Positions 54,101-64,000 of a DNA stretch of 64,000 nt are shown here, in pieces. The notes under the pieces are model-generated. The model had not been told where the DNA came from. It searched no databases and saw nothing but the letters and a program-made list of their open reading frames with translations. Position 1 is the stretch's first letter. Every line of letters begins with the position of its first letter. Made by a program: the position numbers and the translations under genes. Source of the stretch: Phaeosaccion multiseriatum (lineage: Eukaryota > Protista > Ochrophyta, other classes); assembly GCA_965112735.1 (NCBI GenBank), contig OZ218955.1:3658001-3722000 (forward strand), given 5' to 3'.

Positions 54101-56001
54101 AGCTGGAACTTTCAACGGCCTGCAGCAAGCATTCCGGCAAAGTATTCTTGATACGCACCCATTGGGGAATGAAGCCGTGAGTTCGAGTGATAGCGCTGCG
54201 AAGGAAACAGCGCTGCTTGAATCTGTCCAGAAGGCCCTGTCCCACTCCGAGCTTTTTCTTGCTGGCGTCCTCTCGAACACGTGAGTAACCGCACGTTGTC
54301 TTTGCTGACGTTCGAAGTCACTCTTTTGGACCAGACATACATTTGAGAGGGCTTAGTCTAGTCCAACAGAGTGACTTCCAAACAGGCGACACTTGCCTGG
54401 CTGCCGCCTTCCCCCTCTAGCAGCAGCGTTGGGCGTTACTTCCGGCCGGCTCTGGCTGTTCTGGATACTGTGATGCATCCATCTGTGCCTGCTTTGCCCC
54501 TCTCTAACTTTCTGACCGCTCTTTCCTCCCTCCTCGCGATTCTACTTGGTCTCACTACTACTCGATACTACGGGACATACACGATTCTCTCACGCCGCCG
54601 AGGACAGCAACTATGACTTTCAGACTGAATGGAACACTAACATCCTATCCAAATGGGAGGACCCGCTGAAGCGGATGACCGAGGACTTGGAAGAAGCCAT
54701 ATTACTGTACGCCGATGTCCTTCTCGATCTACCCCTCTTCTTCCATGGCAAAAAGCTTCCTCATCTCCAGAAGGAGCTACTCGGCGGTTTTCAGAAGGTA
54801 AGATGACCGGACGATGTGCTTGCATGGCGTCGCTCTGCTGCTTCCCTTGCTTCGTGGGGCGGAGGAGCAATGCTGTAGCAAGTAGTGGACTGGATGCTGG
54901 TTGGTTTGTCTTGAACGCCTTTCCCTTGAGAAGGAGGGAATAGAGGATAGAGGATGACCTGTAGAGGAAGGAGGGCGGAGGAGAAGAAAGCTCCTCATGG
55001 TTGTGATCGTGCAAGTATGACGTGAAGCAAACGACTGCGGCCTAAGTCTCCGCTCCAGGAGAGACGACCATCGTGGAAGGAAGACAGCCGATTTTCTCAC
55101 TCTATTTCCTTTTCCCCTTATCGCTCACTCTGTTTCCTTTTCTGCCCTATCGCCCCCGTTGCCCCGGCGAACGCGCCTCTCCCCCCGACTCTATTGTTCC
55201 TTGCTCAACGCCTCAACGCTCTACCTATGCTTAATTAGGTGTTGAAGATGAAGCGTAAAGACCTCAAGTCGCACCTCGATCTCATGCTAGATCGTGAATC
55301 CAATCCGATCACAGTGTGGGAAGCACAGGATATAGGCGAGAAGCGGTTGCAGGTAAGATAGACAAGTCTGCCCTCACTTTGATCACGAGTGAGCGAGACA
55401 AACGGCGGCTCCCAACACACGAGCCCACACACATGTCACTCCCCCCGCTTCTCCTTCGGAGCAGAGACTCCTCGCTCCAGTAGCTAGCTCGAAGCAAGGG
55501 GGGGAATCACAGCACATGCTGTTCTGGGCTCGAGGATCACTACTTGCCGCGTCGCTGCAAGCCCCCTTCTGTTTGGCTAACCACCAACTTCCACCTTTCC
55601 CCTCTGCTGCGTACCTCTCCCTCCCTTGTTTCCTCGCCGCGACGACTCGGTGATGGTCACCAATGCAGGAGCTTGAAATCCTACAAAAATCCTCGAGAGT
55701 GAGCTTGGATGCTATGAATCTCGTCAGAAAAATCGTACAATACTTCAACATCGCGGCAGCTCGCTTCGTAGATGTCTCAGTGCAGTTTTTGCAGCAGTTT
55801 CTCATCGACCAAACACTCCAAATTCTCACAGAGGAAGGCCTGTTTCTCAAAGGCTACACAAACCTCAACAATGACACAAGAGTGGAGGAGTGCTTAAAGG
55901 AGGGTGGAGAAAGCAGACAAGCCCGCGATAAGTTGAAGAAAAGGGTCAATGCCCTCCAGAGCATGGAGGACAAGGTCGCCAACGCGAATGCCGAATACTG
56001 A
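51166..56001 (+). CDS. Mx-like dynamin-family GTPase (G domain, middle domain, GED; no PH domain), 10 exons
   Basis: Exons about 51166-51288, 51574-51646, 51888-51924, 52166-52337, 52680-53024, 53292-53643, 53898-54280, 54608-54797, 55239-55352, 55669-56001. Motifs LPRIVVVGEQSSGKSSLLE, LTVIDLPG, GVVTKAD, and GED-like YFNIAAARFVD...LKE...RDKLKKRVNAL. Confidence 0.88.
54314..54379. repeat. Intronic inverted repeat (23-bp arms, 21/23 match)
   Basis: gaagtcactcttttggaccagac ... gtctagtccaacagagtgacttc. Confidence 0.75.
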
Positions 56002-56731
56002 GCGGACAAGAGCGCAGCTGAAAACAGCGCAGCAAACGAAGCAGGCAGGCAGGACGGGGCCCAGGGGGGGGGGGGGCTGAGGTGAAGAGGAGAGAACGCG
56101 GGGCGGCGGAAGGGGAGGGGGGGCATGGGATGATCAGTACAGCGACAAGCAGTGGCCTCGCCTTTATTGAGCGGCCGCGGTTTTGTCGGGTTATCGCTCG
56201 TGGTCGTGGCGCATTTGTTATTCATGAAAGGAAAGAGGAAAGGAAGGACAGGGGTGCGCGCAGCGAAACTGGCACGAGCAAAGCAAACGGCGCCTTCTTG
56301 GCAGGGCAGGCAATGGTGCCTGCCTCTCACCAAGCGAAGCGTCCTTTCAGTAGTAGGCACCAGGACAGTAGGCAGGAACAGAGCGGCGCCTTCTTGGTAG
56401 GGCAGGCAACGGTGCCGGCCTCTCACTAAACGAAGCGTCCTACAGTATCAAGTCAAGCGATCAATGAAGTTAGGTTACACTTGTGGTCCTTCACGACTCT
56501 TGGTCTTCATTCCCCAACCCTCTCTTCCTCTCTCCCACCGATCGCCATGGAGTGGGCCCCAGGCTCGCCAAGGTGCGTCCAGAGACCGTGCCCGTATCAC
56601 CAACTGCTTGGCCGTAAAAGTGCCGGAGGGAGAGCACGATATGATGATGATGATGACAATGATGATGGTGATGCTGCTGATGGTATAATGATGATACTGC
56701 TGCTGATGATGATGATGATGAGGACGACGAC

Positions 56732-58015
56732 GAGGAGGAGGAGGAGGAGGAGGAGGAGGAGGAGGAGGAGGAGGAGGAGGAGGAGGAGGAGGAGGAGGAG
56801 GAGGAGGAGGAGGAGGAGGAGGAGGAGGAGGAGGAGGAGGAGGAGGAGGAGGAGGAGGAGGAGGAGGAGGAGGAGGAGGAGGAGGAGGAGGAGGAGGAGG
56901 AGGAGGAGGAGGAGGAGGAGGAGGAGGAGGAGGAGGAGGAGGAGGAGGAGGAGGAGGAGGAGGAGGAGGAGGAGGAGGAGGAGGAGGAGGAGGAGGAGGA
57001 GGAGGAGGAGGAGGAGGAGGAGGAGGAGGAGGAGGAGGAGGAGGAGGAGGAGGAGGAGGAGGAGGAGGAGGAGGAGGAGGAGGAGGAGGAGGAGGAGGAG
57101 GAGGAGGAGGAGGAGGAGGAGGAGGAGGAGGAGGAGGAGGAGGAGGAGGAGGAGGAGGAGGAGGAGGAGGAGGAGGAGGAGGAGGAGGAGGAGGAGGAGG
57201 AGGAGGAGGAGGAGGAGGAGGAGGAGGAGGAGGAGGAGGAGGAGGAGGAGGAGGAGGAGGAGGAGGAGGAGGAGGAGGAGGAGGAGGAGGAGGAGGAGGA
57301 GGAGGAGGAGGAGGAGGAGGAGGAGGAGGAGGAGGAGGAGGAGGAGGAGGAGGAGGAGGAGGAGGAGGAGGAGGAGGAGGAGGAGGAGGAGGAGGAGGAG
57401 GAGGAGGAGGAGGAGGAGGAGGAGGAGGAGGAGGAGGAGGAGGAGGAGGAGGAGGAGGAGGAGGAGGAGGAGGAGGAGGAGGAGGAGGAGGAGGAGGAGG
57501 AGGAGGAGGAGGAGGAGGAGGAGGAGGAGGAGGAGGAGGAGGAGGAGGAGGAGGAGGAGGAGGAGGAGGAGGAGGAGGAGGAGGAGGAGGAGGAGGAGGA
57601 GGAGGAGGAGGAGGAGGAGGAGGAGGAGGAGGAGGAGGAGGAGGAGGAGGAGGAGGAGGAGGAGGAGGAGGAGGAGGAGGAGGAGGAGGAGGAGGAGGAG
57701 GAGGAGGAGGAGGAGGAGGAGGAGGAGGAGGAGGAGGAGGAGGAGGAGGAGGAGGAGGAGGAGGAGGAGGAGGAGGAGGAGGAGGAGGAGGAGGAGGAGG
57801 AGGAGGAGGAGGAGGAGGAGGAGGAGGAGGAGGAGGAGGAGGAGGAGGAGGAGGAGGAGGAGGAGGAGGAGGAGGAGGAGGAGGAGGAGGAGGAGGAGGA
57901 GGAGGAGGAGGAGGAGGAGGAGGAGGAGGAGGAGGAGGAGGAGGAGGAGGAGGAGGAGGAGGAGGAGGAGGAGGAGGAGGAGGAGGAGGAGGAGGAGGAG
58001 GAGGAGGAGGAGGAG
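56732..58015 (+). repeat. Perfect (GGA)n tract, about 1.28 kb
   Basis: Directly visible; preceded by a (GAT)n to (GAC)n to (GAG)n gradient. Confidence 0.95.
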
Positions 58016-58486
58016 AGAGTGAGAAGCAGGACATGCATGGATTGTATAGAGGGACTTGGGCCAGTAGAGAGTAGCGCGCAGAGTCGAAAGTGAGGGAATC
58101 AATTCGCGTTTTAGACACTTCTGTCCCCACTCGAGGTGGCACTCAAGGTGGAGAGACGCGAAATGTTTATTAATTAAATTGATTGACCCCCAGCATGGGG
58201 CAGTCTACCTACATGTGTAGGCTTGTATGGAGCTTTGGCTTGACTTCATCGTCTCACCAAGTTGTCTTTGTCTCTGGAGAGGAAGGGGAGAGCTCGCTGC
58301 CACAGAAACCAAAGCCAATTCGATTCCTGGGCGGGAGGGGACGGTCGAGTCAACCCACATACCCGTCCCTACCTTCACTAGTACAGGAGCACGGTAGAGT
58401 CAACTCAGACAGTCATACCACTGGACTGGAGAGGGGCGTCAAACGCTGGCTTGACCAGCGCAGGAGCAGAGCCATCTCAAACTGTA

Positions 58487-59866
58487 TTAGGCGACCCCCG
58501 GTTTTTGAGCTTCGGGGCCCGTGGACCTTATCTCTCCAGTGCGCTCCAGCTCTCCCCTAAAGTAGTCGATGGTGTGTTTGATGCCCTCCCTCACCTCCAC
58601 CCGCGGCTCCCAATTGAGTTGTCCTTTGGCCACCTCAATGTCCGGTCTACGCTGGCTGGGGTCGTCTTCGGTGGCAGGCAGGTACACAATCTCGCTCTCG
58701 GAGCCCGTCAATTCCTTAACGAGCTCGGCGAAGGCACTAACGGTGTACTCCTCGGGGTTGCCGATGTTGACGGGCTGTGAGTAGTCGCCATTCATCAAAG
58801 ACACTAGACCCTCCACTAGGTCATCCACGTATTGGAACGATCTTGTCTGCTCGCCGGTCCCATAGATGGTAATGTCCTTCCCCTGCAGGGCCTGGATGAT
58901 GAAGTTGCTCACCACCCGACCGTCGTTGGGGTGCATGCGGGGCCCAAAAGTGTTGAAGATGCGAGCCACTCTGACCTCCAAGTGCTCCTTGCGTTCGTAC
59001 GCATACATCATCTGTTGGGTGGGGGGGTAGGTCGGTTGGTTGACAGAGGGAAGTGAAAGAGTGAGTGGATGGGTGGTGAATGAGTGAGTGGGTTATTCAT
59101 GGGTGAGTGAGGGAGGGAGTGGGCACAGAGCACTGACACACACACGCACATATATATATATACGGCTTACCGTCTCTGCCACCCTCTTCCCTTCATCGTA
59201 GCACGCCCTGGGCCCGATTGGGTTCACGTTACCCCAATACGTCTCCTTCTGGGGGTGCTGCTCTGGGTCGCCATAGACCTCGCTCGTGGAGGTGAGTAGC
59301 ATTCGGGCCCGTGTCCGCTTGGCGAGGCCCAGCATGTTGAGCGTCCCTTGCGTGTTTGTCTTGATAGTCTTGATGGGGTTGAATTGATAATGGGGGGGGG
59401 AAGCGGGGCATGCCAGGTGGTAGATTTGGTCGATCTCCAGCATGACGGGATTGACGACATCATGCACGATGAGTTGGAAGTTTGGATGTCCCACCCACTT
59501 GTGCACGTTTTGCTTCCTGCCCGTGAACATGTTGTCCACCACGATGACATCGTGCCCCTGCTTCATCAGCTTGTCCACCAAATTGCTCCCCACAAACCCA
59601 CAACCACCCGTTATAAGGATGCGCTTCCTCTCCTTCTCGGACAGGGTGATTGTGGGCGGGGCTGGCGGGCACACGACCGAGGCGCCTCTGGCCGCGTCGT
59701 CTCCACCCCCCTCAGGTTCCACCACGGCATGAGCCTTCCCCAAAAGCTTTGCTAGATCCTCCAACCTCTCTCCCTGGGCAGCGACTGTCTCGGACAACCC
59801 CTGCACCGCATGGGCCACCGCCTGGGAAACGAGAGCTGAGATCTGTTCCTGTTCTCCTGGACCCAT
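58487..59866 (-). CDS. UXS1: UDP-glucuronate decarboxylase (UDP-xylose synthase)
   Basis: Motifs [43 protein letters not shown]|[30 protein letters not shown]. Intron about 59170-59012. An extra 5' exon is possible. Confidence 0.95.
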
Positions 59867-60259
59867 GATATCTACATCGGACGGATCTTCCCAAACTGAA
59901 ATTTTTACTCTTAGCCACAGTTACATCTCCGAAGGCGGCTGCTACATTCCTCCCTGTTTGGGTTGAACGCGGCCTTGATCATGCACGGCAGCGAAAGACT
60001 ACGCCGTGACTGAGGAGGTACGCTCACCATGCTGGGCTGCCCGAACGAGAGAATTGTAAGGCGTGCGCAGGAGCGCTTCGCCATCGTCCGACTGGAGAGG
60101 CTGAGGCCCTACCTCACGGACCTCTCACTCTTTCCACCTCGCCTGGTGAGTGGTGTGCGTGGGGAAGGCCAGGCTGTCTAGGGTGGATCCTCCCTCTCAA
60201 GCCGCCCTACCTCCTCCTTGCGGGCTCTCGAATCTATTGACTGCTAACGTGGGAGGAAA

Positions 60260-63200
60260 ATGCCGTCCAAAGTCTCCCTCTCCATAGAGGGTCGCCGCTT
60301 TCCTCCTTCCGCCAACCGGAAAGAAGGAAGGAAGGCCGGTCGGCGGAAGGCGGAGGATCCCCACTTGTGTCCTTCAGACCTTCAAAGTTTCAAAGCCAGC
60401 CATGGTGTTCTCGCGCCCCCTAAGCCTGCATCCCCTCCCTCACAGGACCCTCAACATGCGCCCATCCGCATGGCCGAGCTCAGAGCGCTAATGCGCGTGT
60501 GGAACCTCCGTGACCGCCGCCCGGGGCGGGGCAAGCACCAGGGGGCGCACTCTGTCGACGCCGTTGCCACTCTGTGCTACCAACACGCAAGGCTGCAGCA
60601 GAAGAAGGAAGCCTCCCTGCGGAGGAGCAGGTAGGTCATATTCTAAAAGAAGTGCATGTATCGCCTGTACTTGCCAATTCACTGACTCTGCCCCTTTCCC
60701 TCTCCCTCTCGCTCCCTCTCTGGCCCCACATTTCCCTTCCCCCCCTCCCCTTCCCTGTCTCTCTCTTCTACCCTGTGTGCGTGCGTGCGTGGTTAGACTG
60801 GAGGAGAAGCTGCTGAAGCAGGAGAAGCTGCGGCAAAGCGAGGCGGACAGAGCCGAGGCACAAGCGAGGGCTAATGAGAAGCTCGAGCTCAGGCACATGG
60901 AGGAAGAAAAGCATAGGCAGAGGACAAGGCCCGGGGGGGGCGGAGTGAGGAGCAACCATTCCCCTCCCTGTGGAGGAAAGGGCTCTGACGTGGCGGAGGA
61001 TGGCAAGCAGGGGAAGAATCAGGGAGGCAATCCGGCCACCCAGGGGACGGCAGAAGATGGTGCTGACACTGGTGGGGGGGAGAGAGGCAGTGACGAGGGT
61101 GGGGAGGACCAAGGAGGAGGAGGAGGAGGAGGGGGGGGGAGGAGGAGGAGGAGGAGGAGAAGGGGAAAGAGCGCTGCTGGAGCTGGGGCAGCTGGCAAAC
61201 ATGCTCAAGCGCTCGGCAGAGATCCAGGCAGAGTCCCACACAGGGGAGAGGGAGGGCAGTCCTGCGCGCTTCGAAGCGGCACAGCAGTTGGTGATACAGC
61301 GCAAGGCCCAGCAGCAATTTGAGACAAGAATGGTGAAGATGGCCAGACTCACAAATGGCGGCCACAAAGTTTCGGATGGGGACAGCGTGCACATGTTCGG
61401 CTCTGCTCTGCCCCGACTCGGAGCCCCTTCTGTCCCAGGGGGGGGCAGCCTGGGGGGGGGGGGAGTGGTCCTGGGGGGGGACGGGAAGGGAGTGCGGCTG
61501 AGGAGGAGCAGCGTGAATGGGGGAGGAGGAGGGAGGAACAGCAGGGGCAAGGGGTCGCCCTGCCTCAAGCGAGCGAGGGGGGGCGGGGGGGCGAGCAATG
61601 GTAAGCTGTTGGTGACCTGGGACGAGGGACAGCGACAGAGGGGGGGGATCACAAATGGCAGAGCGCTGGGGACACCTGGGGGGGGAGGGCGTCTTTCACG
61701 TAACGGAGCGGGGCGGAGAGGAAACGACTCGCGCAGGAGCAGCAGGGAGGGAGGAGGCCGGGCCAGTAGGAGCCGAAGTCGGGGAGGGAGGAGGGGCAGC
61801 AGCAGGGGCACCAGCAGCAGCAGCAAGCGACGGCGGAGGAGCGGCAGCGGTAGTCTTGATGCGATGGCACTGGATGGAGAGGCTTTGGAAGCCGCCAAGC
61901 GTCGCCAAAGGAGCCTGCTGAGGAAGGCTGCCCGCCGCCGGAGTGCTCAGGAGAAGAGCTCGTTGTTGCTGCTGAACCTCACTCTGCGCCAGGGCAGCTC
62001 GGCGGCCTTCATTGACGAGCGCAACTTGCTCCCTGCGCTGCTCAAGCTCATGCATTCTTCCATAGACACGCAGGTGTGTGAAGGATGGAGGGAGGGGGGG
62101 GAAGGGAAGGGAGGGGAAGAGAAGGGAAGGGAAGGGAAGGGAAGGGAAGGGAAGGGAAGGGAAGGGAAGGGAAGGGAAGGGAAGGGAAGGGAAGGGAAGG
62201 GAAGGGAAGGGAAGGGAAGGGAAGGGAAGGGAAGGGAAGGGAAGGGAAGGGAAGGGAAGGGAAGGGAAGGGAAGGGAAGGGAAGGGAAGGGAAGGGAAGG
62301 GAAGGGAAGGGAAGGGAAGAGAAGAGAAGAGAAGGGAAGGGAAGGGAAGGGAAGGGAAGGGAAGGGAAGGGAAGGGAAGGGAAGGGAAGGGAAGGGAAGG
62401 GAAGGGAAGGGAAGGGAAGGGAAGAGAAGGGAAGGGAAGAGAAGGGAAGAGAAGGGAAGGGAAGGAGACCACCTCTTTGCGTCCCCCCCAGGCTCCCCCT
62501 TCCCTTTTCCTCCCTCTCCTCCCTCTCTCCCTTGTGCTCACGAACACACAATGTCCACCACGAACTTCCATCTCACACCCCGTGCACTACCATCCCTGTG
62601 CCCATCCCATCGACTGCCATCCCCCCACCCACGGCCATCCCATCCACCAGGTGCTGAGCAACTCCACTGCTTGCTTGGCCAATCTCTTCGTGGACGGCTA
62701 CCCCCCCGAGCTCCTCATGGAGAAGGGCGCTGTCGCTGCGCTGCTCAAGATGGCCCGCCTGGGAGCCTCCTCCTCCTCCTCTTCCCAGGCACAGCAGTTG
62801 GTGCTCCACTCGCAGCACTCGCACCACTCACAGCGGGAGAATCACAATCCGCATCCGAATCAACAGAGTCAACAGCCTCATCAGCAGCAGTTGGTGATGC
62901 ACCCCCGCATCTTGCTGAGTGCGGTAATGGGGTTGTTCGTGGCGAGCGAAGGATGGTGTCTGGAGGGGTGGCTTGTACAGCACGAAGGGGGACGGGCGGT
63001 ACACACACTCATGGCCCTCGCTAGGAAGGGGGTGGACAGGGCAGCAGCGGCAGGCACGGCAGGGGGGGGGAGCGGGGGTCGCGAGGAGGGAGGGGGGCCC
63101 GGAGGGGAGGAGAGGGGGGAGGGGGGCGAGGCTGGTACAGGTGCTGTGCTAATGCCGGACGTTCCTGCCACAGGAGTTGGTGATACAGAATCAGCAGCAG

Positions 63201-64000
63201 CAGCAGCAGCAGGAGGAGGAGGAAGAGGAGGAGGAGGAGGAGGAGGGATGGCAGTGGATGGAAGAGGGGCGGCCTGGGGGGTGAGTGTCGAGCAGCTGGA
63301 GGAGTGGGAGAGAATGACCGTAAGCTTGGCCACAATGGCGCTCGTCAATGTTTCCGTGGTGTTGACGGGGGTGCAGGCAGATGCAGTGCAGAGACTGGTG
63401 GTGGAGGTGATGGGCGATATGCTTGACGACATGGTGCTACAGCGGCAGAGGAGGGGGGGGAGGGGGGCGGGCAGGAAGGAAGTGGGGGTGGGGGGGGGGA
63501 AGGAGGGAGAGGAGAAGGGGGGCGAGGAGAAGGAGAACAAGGGGAAGAAAGAGGAGGAGGCAAAGGATGGGGAAGTGGATACCCCGCTCTCGCTGGAGAC
63601 GCCTTGCACGGATCGCCAAGTGGCGCAAGAATTCAGAGAAGGCGCGGCAGCAGCAGCAGCAGCAGCAGCAGCGGAGGATGGCAGTGGACGAGGGCAGGAC
63701 GGGGTAGGCCCGAGGCCTTTGAGTACGGCGAGGAGCGTTGCCAGCACGGCCTATGGGAGCGATTTCGAAGCGAGCGAGGGGGAGGAGGAGAAGGAGGGGC
63801 ACTGCGTTGCTGCGCCAGTTGGTGATACGGCTACAGAAGAAGCCGCCCCTGCCAGTGAGGAAATGTTGGAGACGCCGCTCATAGTGAAGATTGCAGGCGA
63901 TGGAACCGCAGCAGCGATCATAAAAGTAGCGCCACTGGTACCAGCAGGAGGAGGAGGAGCAGGAGGAGGCGGAGGAGGAGGAGGAGCAGGAGGGGGGATG
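60260..64000 (+). CDS. Large spliced protein with armadillo-like helical repeats, running off the window
   Basis: LLPALLKLMHSSIDTQ|VLSNSTACLANLF...EKGAVAALLKMA spans intron 62074-62650. An apparent frameshift lies in the G-run near 61130, possibly a sequencing error. Confidence 0.55.
62100..62466 (+). repeat. (GGAAG)n pentanucleotide microsatellite, intronic
   Basis: Directly visible. Confidence 0.95.

Noticed and set aside
56289-56447. About 64-bp direct repeat as a mobile element end (also the 57-bp duplication at about 42140-42270)
   Set aside because: Simple local tandem duplications without TIR/LTR hallmarks.
56475-58142. 500-aa poly-Pro/Ser/Leu/Arg ORFs, and similar ORFs at 22633-23878, 27521-28537 and 33037-34151
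   Set aside because: Trinucleotide repeats are stop-free in all frames; there is no evidence of coding.
61110-61165. Programmed frameshift in the ARM-like gene
   Set aside because: The shift lies in a G homopolymer within GGA repeats, so a sequencing error is more likely.

Overview
Intron-rich, GC-rich eukaryotic nuclear DNA (GT-AG introns, abundant GGA/CAG/CT microsatellites). It is most likely a photosynthetic stramenopile (ochrophyte), inferred from a bipartite signal+F plastid-type presequence on the GST-HIT gene. Recognisable genes: PLK4-type kinase, TKL-type kinase, GST-HIT fusion, MYND/MSS51-like protein, Mx/dynamin-like GTPase, UDP-glucuronate decarboxylase, an ARM-like protein, and a decayed IFT80 fragment. 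Four unusual things stand out. (1) A cluster of secreted/surface proteins shares an unnamed Cys-rich head domain on different Thr/Pro stalks; one member is built from 23 tandem phase-0 exon-intron cassettes that have been shuffled by recombination. (2) A 7.1-kb insert (21136-28245), sandwiched between two copies of a 3.8-kb block, is an inverted and circularly permuted copy of 43.3-54.7 kb joined through a (GGA)n tract, as expected from a circular DNA intermediate. (3) The two Mx-like GTPase copies have near-identical introns but heavily substituted exons, suggesting diversifying selection. (4) A 13-mer, GTATCACCAACTG, recurs in unrelated genes in different reading frames, often next to CAG tracts. 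All gene models were spliced by eye and no database searches were run.
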